The position numbers and the translations under genes are program-made. This document shows, piece after piece, positions 1 through 12,025 of a DNA stretch of 64,000 nt. The notes under the pieces are model-generated. The model made no database searches, was not told where the DNA came from, and was given only the letters and a program-made list of their open reading frames with translations. Location of the stretch: the NCBI GenBank assembly GCA_965112735.1, contig OZ218964.1:310001-374000 (forward strand). The letters are read 5' to 3'. How positions within the stretch are numbered: the first letter of the stretch is position 1; each line of letters starts with the position of its first letter. This DNA is from Phaeosaccion multiseriatum (Eukaryota > Protista > Ochrophyta, other classes).

Positions 1-1071
1 GCCCTTCTTGGCAGCCGGTGCCGCCTTCTTTTTGGCCTTTACTTTCCCCTCCGTATCTTTGTCCTTGCTGCTGTCGCCGCTGCTGCTACTCGCCTTCTTG
101 GGCGAAGACTGTGAGGCACTGGCCTTTGCCTTCTTTGGTGAGGGCGGGGAATCGTCTCCTCCTCCTCCTCCTCCTCCTCCTCCTCCTCCTTCCTCGTCGC
201 TGCTCTCGTCGCTGCCACTGTCTGCGTCCTCCCGCTTACGCTTCTCAGGCTTGGCCTTGGACTTGCTCTGGAGAGGGAGAGAGAGAGAAGCAGCAACAAA
301 CACGAGCACTTGGAGGGTGAACACATGACGCCACTTTGTAGCTCTAAATAGAGGGATGCCGCGGGTGAAGAGTGGATGGACGCAAGGGCAGCGAACATCC
401 TGGCAGCTTTCCATCTCAAGCAAAGTGAAACTCCACCTTCCTTCCTTCCTTCCTTCCTTCCTTCCTTCCTTCTTCCCTTCCTCTCTCCCTCCCTCATTCT
501 CCCCCGCACCTTCTCGGCCTTCTTCTGCTTGGCCTTGGCCTTCGCCTTGCCTCCATCGCTATCACTACTCCCTCCGCCTGAGCCGTCCGAGTCCGACCCC
601 GACCCCCCCCCGTCGTCATCATCCCCGTCGCTGGGCGGTGCGTAATCGTCGTCCTCCTCGCTCTCGTCGTCTTCTCCGTCGCTGCCCCCCCCCATCTGCA
701 TGTAGGAGTCATTCTGACCATTCATTTCGCCAATGGCTTGTGCAAGAGCACTGCACTCGGATAAACATGCAAAAGAGACGAGAGAGGGGGGAGGGTGCGT
801 CGGGCAAGGCCGGAACAGAGAGTGTCAGCAAGTGTCAGCAAGTGTCAGCAAGTGTCAGCAAGTGTCAGGTGTCAGGATCAACATCATGAGGCACAGCAGC
901 TCTCTCCAGATCACGCGCTTAACGAAGTCAAGTATGCGTGTCACGTTTGTACTGAGTGATATGATATGGCCACGGATGTGAAACACGCCAAGCAGAGGAG
1001 GACCTCATGATGATGGATAGAGAACAGAACAGACCAGCATGAAGCAGACGGACACAGAGACACACATATAC

Positions 1072-1156
<85 letters not shown>

Positions 1157-4100
1157 TGAAACAAGCCTCCGCCCCCCAGCACGAGCACTCACCCCTTGGG
1201 GGCGTTGGAGTCGTCCTTGATGTTGCGGATGCGCAGCTGCTTTCCGTTGAGGAAGCTGTAGAGGCTGCCGTACTCCGTCTTGTTGATGCCCGAGAACACG
1301 AAGCTCTTTCCGTCGCCCCCCCCGTGGCTTTTGAGGTCGACTTTGAGATCGAAGCCGCGTGTGTTGCCGGTGCCTTGCGCGCCACCGTAGCGCTGTGAGG
1401 GGGTGCGAGGGAGGGGAGGGAGGCTTTAAGACATACGGCTCCCTTCGTGTTGTCCTTGCCTTTCCCCATGCTCTTGCCCTTGCCCCCCCCCCTCCTCATC
1501 CCTCACCCCTCACTCCGTACCTGGAACTCGATGCTCTCAACATCGGCGAACTTGATGACCTGTGTGGGCTTGTGGATGAAGATGAAGCTGCGCCTCAACG
1601 GGTAGAGGAAGCCCTCGTTGGCACTGAGGCTGCAGGTCACACACTTGCTACCTGGTGTCAGCGTAGCGAGGAAGGCAGCACTGAGTGAGAGAGAGTACAA
1701 GAGAGTAGAGAGAACTGAACACAGCCGTCAGCGAGAGGGGGTGGGGTGTGGGGATGGGAGGCGGATAACTGAGGCTCCGTCCACTACGAGCCCACCACGC
1801 TTACATACCGTCGACATTCTTGAAGCCCTCCGCCTTGGGCTCATAGACGGGCTTATTGCTCATCTCCTTGAAGATCTTGGCGATGATGTTGCACAGAGGA
1901 CCCTCCATCTCGGGGTTCAGACCGGCATACTAATCGAGGACAGCGGAGCGGGCCGAGAGAACAACAATAGACAATGTAAGACTAAGACCAAGAATGAACA
2001 AGAAAAGGAGCAGGACGAGGAAGGGAGGCCCGCCGTGAGGAGGTCCTCGCACCACCCCCCACTGCCACCCTCCCTTCGCCATCATGCAGTGCCATCCCTG
2101 CCCGCTTCCTCACCTTCTTGAGCTCCTCCTCCTCCATGTGCAGCTCGACAGTCTTGTTCTCTCTGTTGGTCTGCAGCACGAGGTGCTGGTAGCGCTGCTG
2201 CCCCTGCCGAATGGGCTTGTCCAGAGAGATGATGAAGGCCATGTGCCTCTCGTCGGCCTTGGGCAACTGCACACACATACACACACACACATAGACACAC
2301 ACACACACACATAGATACATACAAACAGAGCAGTTACAGACCGTAGATAGGCAGGTGGACGGACAAGGCAAGGACGAAGGGCAGGCACAACTCCATTCAC
2401 CCACTCACTCACTCCCTCCCTCACTCACTCACTCACTCCCTCACTCACTCCCTCACTCACTCACTCCCTCACTCACTCACCAGATAGAAGCAGTTGATGT
2501 CGTCGTACTGAATCTTGTAATCGTACTTGGCGCCGTGCATCCGGATGAAGGACGCGAACAGCTCCATGGAGTAGCGGCCGCGTGGGGTGAGGAATGTGCC
2601 CTGCTCGGAGTCGAACTCGACGATGACATTGCCCTTCACGTCGCTGATGCCCGTCTTCTCCATCACCTGTGATGAGGATGGCGGTGGATGGGACGAGGGG
2701 GAGGAGGAGGAGGAGGAAGAGGAGGAGGAGGGGGAGGAGGAGGAGGAGGAGGAGGAGGAGGAGGAGGAGGAGGAGGAGGAGGAGGAGGAGGAGGAGGAGG
2801 AGGAGGAGGAGGAGGAGGAGGAGGAGGAGGAGGAGGAGGAGGAGGAGGAGGAGGAGGAGGAGGAGGAGGAGGAGGAGGAGGAGGAGGAGGAGGAGGAGGA
2901 GGAGGAGGAGGAGGAGGAGGAGGAGGAGGAGGAGGAGGAGGAGGAGGAGGAGGAGGAGGAGGAGGAGGAGGAGGAGGAGGAGGAGGAGGAGGAGGAGGAG
3001 GAGGAGGAGGAGGAGGAGGAGGAGGAGGAGGAGGAGGAGGAGGAGGAGGAGGAGGAGGAGGAGGAGGAGGAGGAGGAGGAGGAGGAGGAGGAGGAGGAGG
3101 AGGAAGAGGAGGAAGACGAAGAGGAGGAAAACGAAACAGAAAGAGAGGGAGAGGGAAAGTGATAATTGAGCATTGGGTCAGTTGGGAGAAAAGGCACAGA
3201 GAAACGCAGAGCAGGAGAGACGAAGGAGCGGTGCCACATGGCCGCAGAGCAGTGCAGGGCCTCCGACCGTCTCTAGCCATGAGAGCGACGACACACGCAG
3301 AAAATGCGCAAGGCCGAGTGGACAAGTACACAAGTATTACATACGTTACATCTCACCTGCTCCTGGAAATACTCTGCTGCCGACCCCGTCTCTCCCTCTT
3401 CCCCGGGGGGCAGGTACAGCCGCATGGACACCAACGCCGCTTCCTGAGGGAGGGTGGGAGAGAGGGTGGGAGAGAGGGAGGGAGGGAGGGAGGGAGGGAG
3501 GGAGGGAGGGAGGGAGGGAGGGAGGGAGGGAGGGAGGGAGGGAGGGAGGGAGGGCACGTCTCGCATCAGCGGCGCTGCTTCCAACGGAAGACGGAAGCAA
3601 CGCGGACCACCCCACCGCTCCACCCGCCTCACCAACCCACCCACCACACCTCGCAATCGCACACGAGCACGACACTACCGCACGGTACTCACCCAGTGCT
3701 CAGCACTCAATACTCAGAGCTCAGTGCCGCTCCCTACACAAGCACCGCACTCTCGCTGCTCATTCAGCGCTCTCACCCTCACCTCCTGATCGACGTCGTC
3801 GCTCTCGTGAAACTGCAGCTCCACGTCGTTGCCCCTCTTGTTGCCCGGCAGCACGCACTGGCTGATGGTCTTGACGTTGACGTCGAACATGCTCTTGCCG
3901 TCTCCGGAGCACTGCAACAGGGTGTCTGTAACGTCCATGTGGCCGAAGTTGGCGCCGCTACAGTCGATGTTCTCCTTGCTGAACTTGACGTTCACGCCTT
4001 TAAAGAACTCCTTCAGGGCTGTGAGGGGAGGTGGGGAAGGGAGGGAGGTTAATACATCTCTGCTCCGTGTGTTAATTTCGCTTTGTATCTCTGTTTCTGT

Positions 4101-4205
4101 CTCTTCTCCTTCATCCTCTCCTCTACTTTCTCTCCTTGTGTCTCTCGCCCTTCCCAATCCTCTTCGCCTTTTTCCTCTCTCTCCGTCTCTCTCGCTCTCA
4201 CTCCA

Positions 4206-4243
<38 letters not shown>

Positions 4244-5027
4244 TTGGCTCACCAGCGTAGTCATCTTTGCTGAACCCATCGAAGCGCAGCGGCATGACCT
4301 TGCCTGCCTTGAGGAAGAGCCTCAAGTGGCCGTACTTGCCGAAAACTGCCCATGTGGCGTGCTCCACCTTGTCCCAGGGCACCTTCTTGTTTCTGAGCGG
4401 AGCAAAAACCATACCGGGGGGCAGAGGAGGGAGTGGGGCGGAGTACTGAGAGGAGAGAGCGCAATGACTTGTCTTCTCTGGATCCAGCGGAAGGATCTTC
4501 CTCCCTCTTTCTACCCGATTCAGCCCTACAAGTTGCGATGACGTCGGGTCAAGCCTCCCCGTCAACCCATCAGCGGCAGGCAGGAGAAGTGGCAGATCCC
4601 CTTCCCCCTGCCTGCTACAGCGGTTCCCCTTGCCCTCGCCCCCTCCTCCGCCTCTGCCCTCTTTCCTCTCTTCCTCGAAACAAACCCCCCTGCCGCCGTC
4701 CCTTTTCCACAGGATCAAAGCCATGTCTGCCTAATACAGCAGGCCATAGTCGAAGTAAACACTGACCTCCCTCCCTCGATTTGAAATCTTGAATCCCGTC
4801 CACCCCGTCTTCCCCTCTCCTCTCCTCCTACCCCTCCTCCAACCTTGACCCCTAGTCTCCCACATCCACCCCGTTGCATCTCTCTGCCCCTCCCCTCCTT
4901 CCTGTGCCCGCACGACTTACGCTTCTCCGTCCTTCGCCGTCCACAGCAGCTCCTCTGCGTTGACGCGGATGATGCCCACGCTCTGGCCCTGCAAGTAGAC
5001 GGTCTTGAAGGTCAAGGCACTCGCCAT
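1..5027 (-). CDS. SSRP1: FACT complex subunit SSRP1/Pob3, multi-exon, 3' end runs off the window
   Basis: ATG at 5027 (MASALTFKTVYLQ). GT-AG exons join in frame to give LRFDGFSKDDY, NFGHMDV, NDVELQFHE, FLTPRGRYSMELF..RMHGAKYDYKIQYDDI, FIISLDKPIRQGQQRYQHLVLQ, CSLSANEGFLYPLRRSFIFIHKP and an acidic DDESEEDDDY region, all typical of SSRP1. Confidence 0.95.
2701..3113 (+). repeat. (GAG)n microsatellite, about 410 bp, in an SSRP1 intron
   Basis: Nearly perfect GAG run; reads (CTC)n on the gene strand just upstream of the acceptor near 2667. Confidence 0.95.
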
Positions 5028-5460
5028 GATGAAGCCCTCCTACCTGGCACGAGGACCAGCAAGTCTCCTTCTTATGCTTAAAGCTGTCCTTCCCCCCCTT
5101 TCTTCTCTCTCTCTCTCTCCGAGGTCGATACTGCATGTAGAGCTTGCTGCCTAAGAGTAAAAATCGTAAACCACACTTCCCTTCCTTTACGATCGCAACC
5201 TCCCATAAAACGACCCGCTTGGCGCAGGCCGCCCAGTAACGTGGCTAATCCTCTTCTATTCCCACTCTTCTACTCTTGTGGCTGCCTGGGCTGTCACGTT
5301 TCTCGCTCGCAGTGGAGTGTAGTAAGGAGGGGCATAAGCAAACGAGACCCAAACGACACGCCCTCCCTCTCTCCTACTCCCCTTCGGCTGGACACATTGC
5401 CGAACGCGACCCCTTCGTTGAAGCCGTCTCCACCTCTTTCTTTCTCACCCTGTAACATAC

Positions 5461-8354
5461 ATGGGTGAAGGGCCTGAAGGGTTGGGAAGAGAAAGACTAG
5501 CGATGTCGGGGACACGTTTGCCCTGTCCTCAGCTCCCGGATGCAGCAATGCCTTTCCGCCCTAAGAGAAATGTAAGAGGAGGGGACACGGGGGAGATGAA
5601 GGAACGAGGAGTGTAGTTAGTGAGAGAGGGAGAGGGACATGTGGAAGGGGGGGTTGAGAAGAGGAGACGTCGAGGGTCGAGAAGAGGACATATGCCCCCC
5701 CCCACGGAATCCCCCGCATTATCTTTTCCTTCCTTGAACTACAGCTTCGTTTCTCTCCTCCCCTGCAAACTCTCCCCACTTCGTACACTTCGTGTGTATG
5801 TTTCTCAGGTGAAGAAGGGCTACGGCTTCATGAAGGAGAGCTGGCCCTACATCTTCGCCCTGCTGAATTGGTGGTCGATGTTGCTCATGGCTCTGATTGC
5901 CGCCATCCCCCTGGGAACAATGTTCTTTGTAGCCACCCCATACAGAAGAGATATTGACTACACAGACCCTGCAATCGCCTTCGAGGTGAGTGAGTCTTTT
6001 CAATGAGATAGAGAGGGGGGGGGGTAATAACGTGTAAACGGCTCAAGCTCGATGCTCGCCTTTGTTTACTTGGTGGCTGTCCTTCCTCCTCCCCTCCCCG
6101 GCCTTCGCTCTGACGCGGCCGTAGGACTTTGGGGACACCATCAGCCCGCTCATGTCGGTGCTGATCCCCTGCTTCATCTGGGGCTGCGGTATGCTGTGGA
6201 TTGAGTACTTCCTCTTCAGACACGCGCACACCTGTGCCTCAAACTCCATGGCCACCATCGCGCACTTCTGTAAGGGGGGCGTGGAAATGTGAGTGCCAGT
6301 GCCATACAGGGTGTCTAGCACCAGTCAGTCAGTCCGCCAGTCCGCCAGTCGGCCTCCTTGCGTCCTTGGTTCTTGCCCTCCTCTCCCGTCCCCTCACGAC
6401 CCCCTCCCCTCTTTCTCTGCCGCTGGTCTTGGGATTGGATTGATTCATTGGGGCACTGTACACACACATCACTGTTTGGCCCCCAAGGTACCTCTCCGTC
6501 ATCTTCTTGACACAGGTGAGTTACAACACTCGAGCCTTCCGTGGGTGGTGGGGGGGGACGCGAGGGTTGGTATGGCCACGCACACTCCACCCCCCTGTCG
6601 CCGATCCCATAGGGAGTGCCAAGTGTCTATACACACATACTGGAGGAGGCACCCACGAGATATCCATATGTGTGACGTAGACAATTCACCCCCCCCTACT
6701 CTTTGCTGTTGGCTTTGCCTCTTCCTCTTCCTCCTCCTCCTCTTCCTCCTCCCCCTCCTCGCCCCTCTCAGATGACCAACTTCCTGACGGGTATGTATCG
6801 CCCCGACTATCTGGACCGCTGCGAGCTCGACCCAACCGGGACAGAGTGCACCAATACGGTAAGGGAAAGGGGAGGGGTGAAGCGCGGAAGGAGGCAAGGA
6901 AGGGGGTAAAGCGCTGTTGGGAGAGCAGGGGGGGAGGGAAGGGGGAGGAAGAGGAGGCAGAGGAGGAGGAGGAGGAGGAGGAGGAGGAGGAGGAGGAGGA
7001 GGAGGAGTAAGGGCGGAGCAGGAGAAGGAGGAAGAGGATGAGGGGGAGGAGGAGCTCACTTGCACTTCCTGCCCCACGACCACCGCCCCTCCGACCCCCC
7101 CCCCCGGCCCCTCCAGGACACGCACTGGCTGGATGACGGGCGCAAGTCCTTCCCGTCAGGACATGCCTCGGGCGCTACGGCTATCTGCATGTACTACACC
7201 ACGTACCTACTTTGGGCCCTCTTCGCGAGGGAGGGGGCCGTGCTGTCAAAGTACTGCTCCAGGTCAGGCGTGTGGGACAGGCCTATGGGTCCGGCGTGGG
7301 GCCGGTGTCTGGGCATGCACAAGTGTATGGGGCAGGCATGTGGCGTAGGCGTGGCATGGCTTTGTGCGGAGTGGTCAGTCTGTCTGTCAGTCTGTCTGTC
7401 AGTCTGCCTGTCCGCCAGTCCGTCCGTCATTCTTTCTTTTTATTTGTCCGTCCGTCTGTCCATACATACCGTACAACTGTGCCAACATCTGCCCCCCCCT
7501 GCCCCCCCCCTCCAACACACACACCCACCCACCCACGCCCACACACTGGCCCCTTCTTCCTCTCCTGCCACGTCCGTCCCCCCGCTCCTCAGCAAAGGAA
7601 GGAGCTTCCAACAGACGGAAGCTATGTATGCCTTCACCTACCTTGCTGTCTTCGTGCCCTTCGCGTCGGCCTGGCTCATCTCTATATCGCGCGTTGTCGA
7701 CAACAAGCACAACACCGCAGACACCGGTACGAAAGCGGAAGAGTGGGGTCAGACGGATAGACCCATAGAGAGATACATGCAAGAGGAACGAGGCAGCTGT
7801 GGGCGTGTGCGTGCGTCTTGTCTGTTGAAAGCTGCACCAAAGGGGGGAAGGCCTGTGTGACGTGTCCCTTGTTTGCCCTCCTCCTCGGGCAACAAGAAGC
7901 CTCTTGCGCTACAAAAGAAGTCAATGAGTGCCGCCCTCTCGCGCAGCCCCTCCGTCGCTCGACTTGTGCCTGCTGAGTGCCGAATCTTGAGTGTCTTGAA
8001 CCCGAACTTTGCGGGCGTGATATCGACGTTGATTGCCCGTCTCTCCTCCTCCTCCTCCTCCACCACCACCACCACCACCACCACCTCGTGTGTCCATATG
8101 CCTGTATGCCCGTGGGATGGATAGTGGGTGGCGTGCTCCTGGGCCTCGTCATGTCAGTCGTGGGAGCCCTAAAGGACATCGGTGTGTATGTGGAGCGGGT
8201 ACGGCCAAGGTTCATCTTCCCCGAATGGGAGGCAGGACCAGCAGCAGTCAGCGGCAGCCCAGGGGGGGCGGGCGTCCTCTCCCCACTGTCCCCGGGGGCA
8301 CGGGCACGTCCAGCAGCAGCGACGTCGGCCTATGTCCATGAGTCGACGTTGTAG
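5461..8354 (+). CDS. PAP2-family lipid phosphate phosphatase-like membrane protein, multi-exon
   Basis: Exons 5461-5571, 5809-5985, 6125-6288, 6488-6515 (micro-exon), 6772-6858, ~7117-7262, ~7593-7726, ~8124-8354. Motifs RPDYLDRC, RKSFPSGHAS and SRVVDNKHNTAD, plus several hydrophobic segments. Confidence 0.88.
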
Positions 8355-8359
8355 TCATT

Positions 8360-8485
8360 CAATCCATCAATCACCCAGTGGGTCAGTGGTTCAGTCGGCC
8401 AATCCATCAATCACCCAGTGGGTCAATGGATCAGTCGGCCAATCCATCAATCACCCAGTGGGTCAATGGATCAGTCGGCCAATCT
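8360..8485 (+). repeat. 40-bp tandem repeat, 3 copies, in the PAP2 3' region
   Basis: Unit AATCCATCAATCACCCAGTGGGTCA(G/A)TGG(T/A)TCAGTCGGCC. Confidence 0.85.
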
Positions 8486-8640
8486 GTCTGTTTCGATTGA
8501 TTGATTGATTGATTCGTCTATCGATCACACACGTAAATGCATGTGTAGGTATGCCAATATGGCAGCCTATAACATGAGGAGTCTCCTTTTTTTGAGGTTT
8601 CCTTGTACTTTACTTAATTTTTTTTTTTTAATTAGAATAG

Positions 8641-8757
8641 GGCGTCAAAGCGCGTCAAAGGGCGTCAAATAGGGGGCTAAAGCGTCGTCAAATGTCGTCA
8701 AACGTCGTCAAAAAGAATCGTCATTTGGCGTCAAAAAAAATTAATGGGGCGTCAAAA
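8641..8757. repeat. Cluster of 8 CGTCAAA motifs between convergent gene ends
   Basis: CGTCAAA at about 8643, 8653, 8663, 8686, 8696, 8706, 8729 and 8750, in an AT-rich patch. Confidence 0.85.
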
Positions 8758-8842
8758 GTGCCACTCAACCGCGAAATCACAGTATATACATTGTAGGGAA
8801 ATTGATAAGTGTAACGAAAAAAAAAAACCCGACGCGCAGACT

Positions 8843-11800
8843 TCACGAGAGCAGGCATGTGCGGCTCTTCCTGTGACTCTTGCTCTCACTCGTTGGGCTG
8901 TGCCCCCCATCTCTCGCCGGGCTGCTCGGCCTGCTGAGGCGGTTCGCAGGCTCAGGCTTTGTATCACCAACTGCAGTATCCCCAGGCGGCTCTGCTGGCT
9001 CTTCACTACCCTTTCGCAAGCCTTGGTGGCATCCATCTGCCCCTCCTCCCCTGCCCGCCCTCCGTGAATTGTTCCGCAGCAGAGAAGGCGGGCTGGACAG
9101 ACGCACACCCCCCTGGAGCACACTCTCTTCCTCGCCGGACTTGTTGGTCGGAGGAACACGCTCCACCCCCGATGCTGCTGATGCTGCTGATGCTGCTGAT
9201 GCTGCTGCAGTTACGGTGCCGACAGGGTTTGGGGATAGATCGGAGCTCTCCTTCCGTCGCCTGCTGAAGTCCGAGCGAGTGGGAGACAGGAGGATGCCTG
9301 AGGAGAGCTCTCGGAGGAGTCGGGCGGACTTGTTCGAAACGAGGGTGGCCACTCGGGTTGGTGAAGGGAGGGATGTGGTGTTGAAGAACTCCTGAAGCGA
9401 CAAGGCAAGGGGACGGACGGGAAGGGGGGGGTCAAGAGGGTCACGAGGGTCAAGAGGGTCACGAGGAGGGAAGCAGAGGGAAGCAGAGGGCGGTTTAGTT
9501 GGCCGGTCGCGCTACTCTCGAGCCTGACTGCCTCCCTTGTTGGTTGACACGTGGAGGTGAAGCCACGAGCGCAAAGGCACCAGTCACAAGTCACACAAGC
9601 CAGAAAGGAGGGGCCGTGGAGGGGAGATTGCAAAGTGTGGGCCAAAACCTTAGATTCGTGTGTGTGTCTGTATGTGCGTGCGTATGTGTGTGCAGGCGTG
9701 TGTGTATGTGTGTGTGCAGGCGTGTGTAGGCGTGTGTGTGTGAGAGAGAGAGCGTCTGTGTGTGCGCTTGTCAAAGTAGCTAGCGACAATGGCAAACTAT
9801 ACTCACCCACAGCCTGCTGTTCTTGACTTGGGTCACGGCCTCGTCTATTTGCCGTTGGGTGACTGGCGGTACCACCGTCACAGGTAGTCTCTGTAGTCGC
9901 TGCCTTTTGCGCCTCACATCCTGCTGTATCCCCGCCTGCTGCTCCTGCTTCTCCTGCTGTGCCTGCTTCTCCTGCTGTACCTGCTCCCCCTCGTCCTCCT
10001 TCTCCCCCTCCTCCGCCTCCTCCTCCTTCTCCTCCTCCCCCTCCTCCTCCTGCGGCTGCTGCTGCTTCAATGGTGGAGTCGGTCAAGAGGTACCGGTCAA
10101 GAGGTACCGGTCAAGAGGTACCGGTCAAGAGGTACCGGTCAAGAGGTACCGGTCAAGAGGTACCGGTCAAGAGGGATCGGAAGCAGAGGTTGAGTAGTCG
10201 GTGAATACGGATGGGTAGAGTAGACTCACACACGGGTAGGAAGCACAGGACCACAGAGCGCGGTGGTGGCCAGTCAACAAGGCGTCAGTCTACAGCCAAG
10301 GGAACCACACCCATCCCACGGGAGGGACACACAGAGTCAGTCAGCCAAGACAAAAAGCGTCTCTGCCCCCTTCGCTGCGAATCACTCGAAGCAAAGGGGA
10401 AAGCAACATCACCGCCACTAAAGGACTCAACGATTGCTGACTTACTCACCTGCCAGGGGTGGCTGTAGAGGTCGGGGATGGTGGCTCGCTTGACAGGGTC
10501 CTTGCAAAGCACACCGCGGAGGAGGGACAGAACGCCGCTCTCATCGTCTTCCTTGACCTTTGATTGGAGGATCGGGGACACCAGGAGAGAGAGAGAGAGA
10601 AGGGTGAGAGGGGTGCGAGAGGTGCAAGAGGGGAGGGGACGGTCGACCCTGTTGAGTCTCGAGCCATTGAAAGTTGAAACTCTTGACCAGATACACAGAC
10701 AGAGAGGCCGACAGACAGACAGATAAGACAGACAGACAGGCAGTCAGATCTCTCCCCCCTCCCTCCCTCACTCCCTCTCTGCCGGCCCCACTCACCTCGC
10801 TACCCCTCGGAAACTCCAGCTCGTCGTGCTGTATGCGTTGGAAGAGGGACACAGGGTCATCGGCCGAAAAGGGCAGGGTGCCGAAACGCATACACCACAA
10901 CGTCACCCCGCAGGCCCACAGGTCCGCTGCGTAGGCGTTGTACGCGCCCCCGCCGCACACCTCTGGGGCACGGAAGGCCCTGCCATCCATTGCCATCCAT
11001 TGCCATCCATCCCATTGATCGATCGAGACAGCACACCACGGCAAGAGGGGCGGGAGGGGGGGAAGGCGATGCGCAAGCGTTTAAGTTTGAGTTGGGAAGC
11101 CCTGCGTACCGTACCCAGCCCTCCCTGACGCGGCGCATCCGAGGACATGAGCTTTCGTCTCAAGCCCCGTCGGCCGGCCTGTCCACAGCCGTCTAGTGCC
11201 ATCTGCTCTCACTTCATATACTCACCAAGTCCCCTCCGTGTTGGACACTTCTCCGCGGGAATTGGAGCGAACGAGCTGGCGTGGAGACACTGGCGTCTTG
11301 GTTGCATCTCTAGAGGGGAGGGGGGGGGGACAGCAGGACATGTGGGGCACAACAGTTGCATCGGTGTAGTGGGGCAGCAATTCAAAGAGGGGCGTATGTG
11401 CACGAGGGAGAAGGGAGAGGGAGAGAGACTTGCAGGGTTAGCACCGCCATGAGCTATGGAACCGAGCACGCCGCGGCAACCAATTTGCATGACATGGCCA
11501 TGCACCCGCGCCCATCCCATTACTCTACCTCTCACGTGCATTTGCGCTTGACTGCTCTCACTGCACTCACCCCGCTCACTCCGCTCACTCACCCGTCAAA
11601 GAAGCGTGCCACTCCAAAGTCTGCAATCTTGGCCCTGCCCCCCAGGGTGACAAGCACGTTGTCGGGCTTGAGGTCCCTGTGCGCAACGTTGTTGGCGTGA
11701 AGGTACTCCATCCCCTGTAGAATGTCCAGGAATAACCCACGGGCACGTCCGTCGGGAATCACCCCGCCTGCTCTCGCGCCAGGGCGGGAGGGTGGGTGAG

Positions 11801-11987
11801 TGGGTGGTTGTATCGATGGATGAGTGGATTGATTCACGAGATTGAGTTGCGGGTGAACGAGCAAATGGTACAGAACAGACGTCAGGTGCAACACTGACAC
11901 TGCTGGAGACATCCCAGTGAGGCTGTGTGTAGATCTGTAAGGAGAGAGGTGAGGAAACTCCTTGCTCGCCCAACACTTACACACACA

Positions 11988-12025
<38 letters not shown>

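Noticed and set aside
2469-4052. Poly-E/G/P/R/S ORFs in the ORF track
   Set aside because: They are translations of an intronic (GAG)n microsatellite and neighbouring SSRP1 exons or antisense sequence.
10555-10590. Non-canonical TG acceptor in the kinase (CTCTCCTG/GTGTCC)
   Set aside because: A canonical in-frame AAG acceptor lies about 24 nt downstream (CAATCAAAG/GTCAAG).
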